From the IMG/VR virus record IMGVR_UViG_3300045988_044952: a DNA stretch of 47,112 nucleotides, one strand, 5' to 3'. This document shows positions 1-6,891 of this stretch, one piece after another. The DNA comes from a virus. Within the stretch, counting starts at the first letter, position 1. Each line of letters opens with the position of its first letter. The position numbers and the translations under genes are program-made. The notes under the pieces were generated by a model. That model had not been told where the DNA came from. It saw only the letters and a program-made list of their open reading frames with translations, and searched no databases.

Positions 1-99
1 ACGGGTAGTGTCACATTAGTACAACACTACCCAAAAACAACACCCGTGATATTCTGGTCATTATCAATTCTAATTTCTTTAATGACAGAACGCCAAAGC
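1..99. repeat. Left copy of the 99-nt exact terminal direct repeat (assembly/circular-permutation overlap)
   Basis: Positions 1-99 are identical base for base to 47014-47112. The repeat covers the 3' end of the integrase gene, so it is redundancy of a circular molecule, not an element boundary. Confidence 0.95.
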
Positions 100-1424
100 G
101 TGCGTTTTTCTTCACGGGTCAAATTCTCATAAATTGTTTTGAAATCATTATCAAGGAGCCTGCGGACGGCTGCGAAGTCTGGCGGCGGTTCAATGCTGGG
201 TTCCGGTATCTGTTTAAGTGCAGCAGTATATATTTGATAGTCCCTTTTGTAGTCCTCAATGTCTATTAAGTCATTCACATATAATTCTTTTAACTTGGTC
301 AGCTTCCGTTTCAGTGCTGCTTTATCAGTGCGGGCAACGGACGCTTTCTTTTTGGCTGTGGCAACTTCCCATTCCAGCTGGCAGCGTTCCAGTTCCTCTG
401 CCAGATGTTCAAACAGCCACTTTTCCACGACGTCTTCACGGGCTGAATGATTATGAGAGCAGCGCCCACGCTGGAAATGCTGGTTGCAGCGGTAATAATA
501 ATAATCACTTGACTTGTACCCGACCAGTTTATGCCCACATTCAGCGCAAGTCAGAATGGAAGTGAAAATATATACCTTGCCAGACGGAACAGAACGTGCG
601 TTGCGTTCCAGAAGCGCTTGCACACGGTCAAACTGCTGCTTGCTGATGATTGCCGGGCAGAAATGGTCATTGAACCTGCCGCCCCGGTCATACACCCCAG
701 TATACAGCTTTTCTTTCAGCATACGCCGGAAAGTGGCGTCACACCAGTTCACGCCGTAGGTTTCCCGGATATAGCGGACAGTAGCACGCTGGGAAATCGA
801 AGTTTCAAAGTAGTTGAAAGCGTCTTGCACAATGGCTGCGTCTTCTGGCACAACTTCCAGCCGCTTTTCCTCATTAACACGGAAGCCAAAGGGAGCAGAG
901 CCGGAAACAACGGTGCCGTGGGCAATCTTACTGTCAAATACAACGTCTATTCGTTCCCCGTCAATGTCCGCTTCATTCTGGGCAATGGACAGCTTCACGT
1001 TAATATACAGACGCCCGTTTGCGGTTGTGGTGTCATATTCTTCATCAGTGGTTTTCCAGTCGCAGTTGTGCGCTTCCAGAACTTCCATGATTTTATAATA
1101 ATCTGCCACGGAACGAAACCAGCGGTCAAGGCGGCAGAAAAGCAGAATATTCACTTCATCACGCTTCACACTGTCCATCATGCGTTGAAAGTCGGTTCTT
1201 TTATGAATGTTCTTTCTGGCGGTCTTGGCAGCGTCAATGTAAATTCCAACAATGACCCAGCCACGTTCCCTTGCGTATGCTTCCAGTCGTTCTTGCTGGG
1301 CTTCCAGTGACAGACCTTTTATTTTCTGTTCTTCCCCGGAAACCCTTATATATAAAGCAACCCGGACAAGTTCCGGGCTTAAATCAATCTTTTTCACTAT
1401 TGTATCACCTGCATTTCCTTTCAT
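27..1424 (-). CDS. int: Large serine recombinase (phage integrase)
   Basis: ORF 27-1517(-). Start moved to ATG 1424 (MKGNAGD..). It has an N-terminal resolvase-type catalytic domain (VALYIRVSGEEQ), a recombinase domain, a Cys-rich zinc ribbon (CAECGHKL...CNQHFQRGRCSH) and a coiled-coil C-terminal part. Confidence 0.9.
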   Translation of the reverse strand: MKGNAGDTIVKKIDLSPELVRVALYIRVSGEEQKIKGLSLEAQQERLEAYARERGWVIVGIYIDAAKTARKNIHKRTDFQRMMDSVKRDEVNILLFCRLDRWFRSVADYYKIMEVLEAHNCDWKTTDEEYDTTTANGRLYINVKLSIAQNEADIDGERIDVVFDSKIAHGTVVSGSAPFGFRVNEEKRLEVVPEDAAIVQDAFNYFETSISQRATVRYIRETYGVNWCDATFRRMLKEKLYTGVYDRGGRFNDHFCPAIISKQQFDRVQALLERNARSVPSGKVYIFTSILTCAECGHKLVGYKSSDYYYYRCNQHFQRGRCSHNHSAREDVVEKWLFEHLAEELERCQLEWEVATAKKKASVARTDKAALKRKLTKLKELYVNDLIDIEDYKRDYQIYTAALKQIPEPSIEPPPDFAAVRRLLDNDFKTIYENLTREEKRTLWRSVIKEIRIDNDQNITGVVFG

Positions 1425-1536
1425 TTCCCGCCTGCTGGTGATATAATCAAAATTGCAGACGGTATTGTTGTATCTGGTATGACATATCTTTGCACGCCCC
1501 GGAAGTGTTCCCAGCACGACCGGGGCATTTTGTTTA

Positions 1537-2376
1537 TTAGTCTTTCAGAATGTCGTCTGTAAAGGCTGTTATTTTCTGACTTACAAAAGAAGAATAGTTT
1601 TCTAAATCCTGTTTAGGGTTATCACCTTGCAGCATGACAAATTCAGATAAAGCAACAATCTGATTTTGTACGTCAATCAAGGCTTGACCGTAGTATGAAA
1701 CGTCTGGACCGAAGCCAACGGAAGAAACCTGCTCATAATGCCACGCAGCACGCTTCTTTAAATCCACCAGAACAGGAACGGACGCTTTTTGCAGCTGGGA
1801 AACGGTATTTGCGTCGGAGTGTACCAGCTGCCCCCAGCGTGTCAGCTGTTCTTCCGTGATGTATCGTGGGTCTTCCGGGTGTCGCTTTATGTGTATAAAG
1901 TTATACAGACAGAAGATACCGAACAGGGCGGCAACAACTGAAAAAATAACATGAGAAGAAGCAAAGAGGAACACGGCACCAGCCAGAGCAACGACGCCGA
2001 ACACAACAAAGCTGGCGTCTGGTCTTTCCTGCAAAACTGCCGTGGTCTTTGGCGGCTTCTCTTTTGGCTGCGCAGCTGCTTTCTGAACTTTAGCAGGAGC
2101 AGGAGCGGCAGCAGGAGAGGAAGCAGAGGAACTGGCGGCGGCAGCAGTGGAAGAAACACGGCTGCTGACTGTCTTTTTCTTTTTGCTTTTCAAATTCTCG
2201 GTCTTAACGTAAGAAACACCAGTGCCGGGAACCCCTATGCTGGTTGTGACCCTGCCGCTGCTGTTTATACTTTTACGATACCCCTTGACGCCTGCACTTA
2301 TACCAACGCTTTTCTTGCTGATGTTAAGACGGACGCCGGGGGCAATTTTCACGCTTTTTCTGAAACGTAAACCCAT
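1537..2376 (-). CDS. DUF4236-like membrane protein (lysogeny-module gene, function unknown)
   Basis: The N-terminus MGLRFRKSVKIAPGVRLNISKKSVGISAG resembles the DUF4236 signature. It has an Ala/Ser/Pro-rich linker and a long hydrophobic segment (FVVFGVVALAGAVFLFASSHVIFSVVAALFGIFCLY). RBS AAAGGTGG. Confidence 0.6.
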   Translation of the reverse strand: MGLRFRKSVKIAPGVRLNISKKSVGISAGVKGYRKSINSSGRVTTSIGVPGTGVSYVKTENLKSKKKKTVSSRVSSTAAAASSSASSPAAAPAPAKVQKAAAQPKEKPPKTTAVLQERPDASFVVFGVVALAGAVFLFASSHVIFSVVAALFGIFCLYNFIHIKRHPEDPRYITEEQLTRWGQLVHSDANTVSQLQKASVPVLVDLKKRAAWHYEQVSSVGFGPDVSYYGQALIDVQNQIVALSEFVMLQGDNPKQDLENYSSFVSQKITAFTDDILKD

Positions 2377-2613
2377 ATAAAACCACCTTTCTTGCGAATA
2401 TCCACAAAAACATAGAAATTATAATAGTGAGTGCGCCCAGCCTTGCCACGCCGGAAAGGTGGTCACACATGATAAAAAAATATATACACTGGTATGATTG
2501 CAGAGTGTACGCAATCTATTACAGCAGCATAAACACTATTTATTATAATTTAGATTTCAATGGAGCAACGCAACTTATAATTTGTAAATAGCGGGGGGAC
2601 GCTGGGTGCGTTA

Positions 2614-3078
2614 TCACCCGGCGTCTGTCCCGGAAACACTGCCAGTGTCAACGGGCGGGCACTGGGCTTCTAAATCTTCTGGATTGTCTGGAACTAACAA
2701 TGCAGGGTCCGCAGTAACAGCAGCAACAAGCCTGCGTTTGAAAAATTCCACGGCAGTTCTTCTAATTTCTGGGTCAAGTTCAAAGTACGTCTTTATGATT
2801 TCCAATTCAAGACCCGTGGCACCTTTAGACTTCACGAAGTCGTCAAGGCTGAATGTGTCCGGCTGTATATACATTTCACCAGAACCAGTGCGCAACCATT
2901 CTTCATTCACATTATAAAGAAGACAGATTGCCTTGATTGTCTGGTCAGTGACGGTTGAGCCGTCCCGTTCCATGTAGCTGACGCCAGTTTGCTTCATTCC
3001 CAGACTTACTGCAAATTCAGTCTGGCTGATGTGCAAAACATCTTTTCTAAAATGCTTCACACGTTCATTGATAGTCAT
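2614..3078 (-). CDS. XRE-family HTH repressor (cI-like)
   Basis: The N-terminal HTH_XRE pattern (ISQTEFAVSLGMKQTGVSYMERDGSTVTDQTIKAICLLYNV) is followed by a C-terminal extension. The gene is divergent from the rightward early operon and shares an operator-rich intergenic region with it. Confidence 0.85.
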   Translation of the reverse strand: MTINERVKHFRKDVLHISQTEFAVSLGMKQTGVSYMERDGSTVTDQTIKAICLLYNVNEEWLRTGSGEMYIQPDTFSLDDFVKSKGATGLELEIIKTYFELDPEIRRTAVEFFKRRLVAAVTADPALLVPDNPEDLEAQCPPVDTGSVSGTDAG

Positions 3079-3108
3079 TTGACTTCACCGCCTTTCTTTT
3101 ATGTTTAA

Positions 3109-3211
3109 AGAATAGCAGTAACCGCTAAAAAAGTCAATATTAAAAACGGAAAAAGGGTTGACAAATAGCAGTAACCGCTATAATATATAGTTAAACAAGC
3201 AGTAACCGCTA
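3109..3211. promoter_or_regulatory. Divergent immunity promoters with three copies of operator AGCAGTAACCGCTA
   Basis: Operators lie at 3114-3127, 3167-3180 and 3198-3211. The core matches its own reverse complement at 10 of 13 positions. Rightward promoter: TTGACA 3158-3163, then TATAAT 3179-3184 (15-nt spacer) or TAATAT 3181-3186 (17 nt). Leftward promoter (minus strand): TTGACT (3132-3137), 17 nt, TATTCT (3109-3114). Each spacer holds one operator. Confidence 0.65.
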
Positions 3212-3266
3212 CAACAGAAGCGTTTACCGCTTGCGAAACCACACAGCATGAAAGGAGGAACAGACC

Positions 3267-3446
3267 ATGACAGAAGTTAAAAACATGGAAACCATGATTG
3301 CAACTGAAAACCAGCAGGAAGCAACAGAGGTCATGGCTTTTCTGGGGGAACTTGAACCGCAGGAAAAGAAAGACTTTCTGGTGTTCATGCAGGGCATAAG
3401 ATTTGCAAAGGGCATGGCACAGAAAATTGCGCCGCAGTCCGTATAA
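3267..3446 (+). CDS. Small early protein, 59 aa (below the ORF-track cutoff)
   Basis: ATG 3267 is preceded by GAAAGGAGGAA, with stop TAA at 3444-3446. Translation: MTEVKNMETMIATENQQEATEVMAFLGELEPQEKKDFLVFMQGIRFAKGMAQKIAPQSV. First gene after the rightward promoter. No HTH recognised. Confidence 0.55.
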   Translation: MTEVKNMETMIATENQQEATEVMAFLGELEPQEKKDFLVFMQGIRFAKGMAQKIAPQSV

Positions 3447-3460
3447 AGGAGGGCGCAGGA

Positions 3461-3598
3461 ATGGAAGTACAAGGAACATTCAATGCCCAGCGCTTTTTTG
3501 AAACGCTGGCGCTGATTATATCCCAGCGGGAGGGCGTGAAAGTCACCGTGACAGTGACACAGCCAGAGCCGGAGAAGAAAGAAAAGCAGTCAGCGTGA
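3461..3598 (+). CDS. Small early protein, 45 aa (below the ORF-track cutoff)
   Basis: ATG 3461 is preceded by AAAGGAGGG, with stop TGA at 3596-3598. Translation: MEVQGTFNAQRFFETLALIISQREGVKVTVTVTQPEPEKKEKQSA. Confidence 0.5.
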   Translation: MEVQGTFNAQRFFETLALIISQREGVKVTVTVTQPEPEKKEKQSA

Positions 3599-3618
3599 GC
3601 GCCGGGCAGCAGCAGAAA

Positions 3619-3641
3619 CAAAGGTTTTTCAAAAGTCAATA
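3619..3641 (+). repeat. Left 23-nt direct repeat flanking the second DGR target cassette
   Basis: CAAAGGTTTTTCAAAAGTCAATA matches 4958-4980 (CAAAGGCTTTTCAAAAGTCAATA) at 22 of 23 positions. Confidence 0.8.
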
Positions 3642-3706
3642 GCAGTGAATAGCAGCAAGGCTGTTCAAATAAAAATCATACCAGATACAAGGAGGAAAGC
3701 CACAAA

Positions 3707-4729
3707 ATGAAAGAATTTGTGAAGAAAAAAGCAGTCATTGTCATGGACAGTGCAGGACTGCCAAACTACATGACCATGTTTTATATGGAGCCGGGGACCT
3801 ATGAGCCGGAGGACGTGCCGGAACTGTTCAAAATCAGAAACAAGATTGTTCCTGCGGTTCTGGTGTCGCAGTTCACCAACACCATGATTAAGGGCGTCCC
3901 GGCGTCCTTACCTTACCAGCAGCCAAAACACACTATCAGTTATGATGAAGCGGCGGCAGCCTGCGGAAGAAAAGGCAAGGGCTGGCACCTTATGACAAAT
4001 ACAGAGTTTGTCTATCTACTGCATGAAGCAGAGGAACTGGGGCACACAATCGGCGGTAATACAAACTACGGCAGCAACTCAAAGAATGAGCAGGAAAGCG
4101 GCGTGAGATACGACAGCGCCGGACGCACGCTGACCGGGTGCGACCCCCTCACATGGTCCCATGACGGAACAGCAGACGGCGTGTTTGGTCTTTGCGGTAA
4201 TTTCTGGGAATGGGTCACGGGCTTGCGTCTGCACAAAGGCGTTGTGGAATACACGCCGAACAACGACGCAGCAGTTGAGGGCTACACAGAGAAGCCAGAC
4301 TGGACCGTTGCAGAGGTGAACGGCAGACCGTTGAAGCTGTACGGCAACAGTGCTGGTGATGTGGTAATGTCCGTTGCGGAAGAAATCGAAGAAAACTGGG
4401 AGGGCTGCCACATGGCAGACTTGCAGCTGGAAGAACTGGAAGAAATGCCAGAAATTGCGTACAAGCTGGGAATTGTACCGCATGACTGGAAGAACGAAAC
4501 AGCCGGAATATGGGCAGACAACGAACTTGAAGAAGCCGTGCCTCTCCGGGGTTCGAGTGTCAACTACTCTTCCGATGGTGGTGCTGGTGCGCTGGGCTTG
4601 GGCTACCCTCGTTCTTTCGTCTGCAACGTTGTGTCGTTCCGTTCCGCTTTATTCTTGGAAAGCTGGGAACTGGTAACTGATTTACTGAAAGCGGGTGCGG
4701 AAGCACACGCAGGAGCGAAGGACGAATGA
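3707..4729 (+). CDS. DGR variable protein 2 (C-type-lectin/FGE-sulfatase-like fold), remote target
   Basis: 340 aa. Full-length paralog of 37433-38485, sharing the motifs RKG.GWHL, GNTN, TW.HDGT and LCGN.WEWV. The C-terminal segment 4535-4649 is a VR copy of the TR at 39085-39199. Confidence 0.9.
   Translation: MKEFVKKKAVIVMDSAGLPNYMTMFYMEPGTYEPEDVPELFKIRNKIVPAVLVSQFTNTMIKGVPASLPYQQPKHTISYDEAAAACGRKGKGWHLMTNTEFVYLLHEAEELGHTIGGNTNYGSNSKNEQESGVRYDSAGRTLTGCDPLTWSHDGTADGVFGLCGNFWEWVTGLRLHKGVVEYTPNNDAAVEGYTEKPDWTVAEVNGRPLKLYGNSAGDVVMSVAEEIEENWEGCHMADLQLEELEEMPEIAYKLGIVPHDWKNETAGIWADNELEEAVPLRGSSVNYSSDGGAGALGLGYPRSFVCNVVSFRSALFLESWELVTDLLKAGAEAHAGAKDE
4535..4649 (+). repeat. DGR variable repeat 2 (VR2)
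   Basis: 115 nt align without gaps to TR 39085-39199. There are 16 differences: 15 at TR adenines and one T-to-G (TR 39109 / VR 4559). Confidence 0.9.
4691..4710 (+). other. GC-rich hairpin 42 nt downstream of VR2 (inside the coding sequence)
   Basis: GCGGGTGC-GGAA-GCACACGC. The stem pairs at 7 of 8 positions and the loop is 4 nt. A counterpart lies at 38512-38533 downstream of VR1. Confidence 0.55.
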
Positions 4730-4911
4730 GCGCAGATAATTTCCCATACGTCGAGGGACAGCCAGCGGAAATCTATTTTGACGGTAAATGGCACCGGGGC
4801 AAGATAATTGCCGGGTACAGATTTAGGGACGGAATAGTGACCATACAGACGGAAGATGGGCAGAAAATCGGGTGCGGTGAGAGCCGCAAAGAGTTATACA
4901 GAGCATTGTAA
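4726..4911 (+). CDS. Small protein, 61 aa, translationally coupled to DGR target 2
   Basis: ATGA start/stop overlap with 3707-4729. Beta-rich sequence (EIYFDGKWHRGKIIAGYRFRDGIVTIQTEDGQKIG). No family recognised. Confidence 0.55.
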   Translation: MSADNFPYVEGQPAEIYFDGKWHRGKIIAGYRFRDGIVTIQTEDGQKIGCGESRKELYRAL

Positions 4912-4923
4912 AAATGGCAAGCA

Positions 4924-4968
4924 AAAAGCCTTTGAAGCTGTGCCGGAAACACAAAATCAAAGGCTTTT
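4924..4968 (+). terminator. Stem-loop downstream of the target-2 cassette
   Basis: AAAAGCCTTTGA (4924-4935) pairs with TCAAAGGCTTTT (4957-4968): a 12-bp stem with a 21-nt loop. The A/T tracts are part of the stem. Confidence 0.4.
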
Positions 4969-4980
4969 CAAAAGTCAATA
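4958..4980 (+). repeat. Right 23-nt direct repeat flanking the second DGR target cassette
   Basis: Matches 3619-3641 at 22 of 23 positions. Overlaps the 3' arm of the 4924-4968 stem-loop. Confidence 0.8.
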
Positions 4981-5243
4981 TGTTAATAATTCAATACACG
5001 TTTATTATACCATATTGGCGGCTACAAGTCAAACATTTTAGAGGGCGAAAGCCTTTGAAAATAGCGGGTTTCAAACCTGTTAAACGGGCTTGTATGGGGT
5101 ATTAACATTCCTACGAAATATATAAATATATATACGCTGTATGGATAATGAACAGGAGGGATAAGAGTGAGAAGAAGAACCCCACCCCACTTCTGGTATA
5201 CCCTTATACGCTTAAAACGGTATAGGACAGAAAAGGAAGTGCA

Positions 5244-6182
5244 GTGGTGTTCATAAGGGAGAAGAAGATAGACTGCGCAGAGTATAGAGAAGTGGATATA
5301 ATACCACGAACAGAAGCAGCAGAGCAGGCAAGCAGAGGAAAGAGGGGTAAGAAAAGAAAGGTTAATGCCCCAAAGCAAAAGGACTTGAACGACAAGAACG
5401 CTAAACGCTATCTGGTACAGTTGGGAAATGGCAACTTCCACATAGGGGACCTGCATACAAGTTGCACATATAGCGCAGAGAACCTGCCGGGAACGGTAGA
5501 GGAAGCAGAAAACATTGTGACAAACTACCTGCGGAGAATAGCATACCGCAGAAAGAAGCTGGGGTTAGAACCCCTTAAATACATACTGGTAACAGAATAC
5601 AAGTACAGCAAGGATGGTCAGTGTCTTAAAAGAATACATCACCATATCATTATGAACGGCGGTTTAGACCGTGACGACGTGGAATTGATGTGGACGAAAG
5701 ACCGTATCAACTGGAAGAAGACAGACGACCCAGAGTATAGAGCCAGTATAAAGCAGCTGGGCTGGGTTAATGCAGACCGCCTGCAAATGAATGAGAACGG
5801 CATAGAGGGGCTTTGCAAGTATATTGTGAAAGACCCGCAGGGAAAGAAACGCTATTCAAGCAGCAGGAACCTTGACCGCCCGGAAACAACCAGAGAGGAC
5901 GGAGGGGAAAAGCGGCAGCGTGACCAGAACCACTGGAAGTATAGCCGCAATCTGTCAGACCCAACGGAAAAGTGCAATGATTTCAAGTACAGCAAACGCA
6001 AGGTAGAGCAGCTGGCGAAGTCACCAGACGGCGGGCTGGAAGAATTTAAAAAGATTTACAGTGATTATGACATTGTTTCGTGCGAACCCGTGTTTTATGA
6101 ACAAACCGGGTGGCATATTTACTTGAAAATGTGGAAAAAGAAGCCCAAAAAGGGCAGAAAGGAGGATAAAAAGTGCAGTTAG
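5244..6182 (+). CDS. Putative HUH-type replication initiation protein
   Basis: GTG start after AAAAGGAAG. Lys-rich N-terminus, a histidine cluster RIHHHIIMNGG (HUH-like) and a downstream tyrosine motif GLCKYIVKD (Y-x-x-K). First large gene of the early operon. Assigned from motifs only. Confidence 0.4.
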   Translation: MVFIREKKIDCAEYREVDIIPRTEAAEQASRGKRGKKRKVNAPKQKDLNDKNAKRYLVQLGNGNFHIGDLHTSCTYSAENLPGTVEEAENIVTNYLRRIAYRRKKLGLEPLKYILVTEYKYSKDGQCLKRIHHHIIMNGGLDRDDVELMWTKDRINWKKTDDPEYRASIKQLGWVNADRLQMNENGIEGLCKYIVKDPQGKKRYSSSRNLDRPETTREDGGEKRQRDQNHWKYSRNLSDPTEKCNDFKYSKRKVEQLAKSPDGGLEEFKKIYSDYDIVSCEPVFYEQTGWHIYLKMWKKKPKKGRKEDKKCS

Positions 6183-6472
6183 GTGAATTGATAGAGAAAA
6201 TGACGACCAGTGACCGTCTGGTTATCATCAACGCTGCCGGGCAGGTGATATACCGTGGCTATGCGGCAAACTTTGCACACGGGACAATAAACCCATTGCG
6301 CCGGGTGAAACGCTTTGGGCTGGATATGGAAACGTACAAGCGCACAGAAAAGATGTGGGACTGGGCAAACATACGGGAACTGCCGGAGCAGATACCAGTT
6401 GAACAGCTGGGACAATATGACATAGGGCAGCTGCAACAGCTGTTATTTATCCGGGTGATTTTGGAGGAATAA
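6173..6472 (+). CDS. Hypothetical protein
   Basis: GTG 6173 lies 7 nt after AAAGGAGG. 99 aa, no motif recognised. Confidence 0.55.
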   Translation: MQLGELIEKMTTSDRLVIINAAGQVIYRGYAANFAHGTINPLRRVKRFGLDMETYKRTEKMWDWANIRELPEQIPVEQLGQYDIGQLQQLLFIRVILEE

Positions 6473-6475
6473 GGC

Positions 6476-6886
6476 ATGGAGAACGAAAAGAAAGCATGGC
6501 AGACGCCAGAATTGCAGGAAATGGCAGTTGTTGTCCTATCACTGCACCAGAAATGGTGGCAGAAAATGGCAGCAGGTGAAAAGGTTCTGGAACTGCGGAA
6601 GTCAAAGCCGCAATGCAAAGCGCCGTTCCGGGTGCTGGTGTATGTCACAGGCGGCGTGGGCGTAGTCGGTGAATTTGTCTGCCCGGAAGTTCTGGAAATC
6701 AAGAACTTTGAAGAAGCAGAAAAGAAAAGCCGGGTGCCAGCACATGACATTCACAATTATGCGGCGGGCAGTAGAAACAAGGTGTATGGCTGGGAGATAA
6801 CAGCCGTCAAGGAATATCCACAGGCAGTGGCGCTGGAAGAACTGGGAATGAAGCGTGCGCCGCAGTCGTGGCAGTATGTGAGGTAG
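6476..6886 (+). CDS. ASCH (PUA-like) domain protein
   Basis: Pattern LSLHQKWWQKMAAGEKVLELRKSKP...FRVLVYVTGGVGVVGEF...VYGWEI is typical of ASCH beta-barrel proteins. Confidence 0.6.
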   Translation: MENEKKAWQTPELQEMAVVVLSLHQKWWQKMAAGEKVLELRKSKPQCKAPFRVLVYVTGGVGVVGEFVCPEVLEIKNFEEAEKKSRVPAHDIHNYAAGSRNKVYGWEITAVKEYPQAVALEELGMKRAPQSWQYVR

Positions 6887-6891
6887 AGAAC

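Noticed and set aside
1-99. 99-nt terminal direct repeat as attL/attR, LTR or transposon ends
   Set aside because: The repeat includes the integrase 3' coding sequence and continues it seamlessly. It is an exact k-mer-length overlap, typical of a circular contig, and not a biological duplication.
3105-3639. Minus-strand ORFs 3105-3479, 3224-3472 and 3385-3639 in the immunity/early region
   Set aside because: They run through the operator/promoter region, antisense to two plus-strand mini-ORFs with strong RBSs. Their Cys/Phe/Leu-rich composition is typical of non-coding frames.
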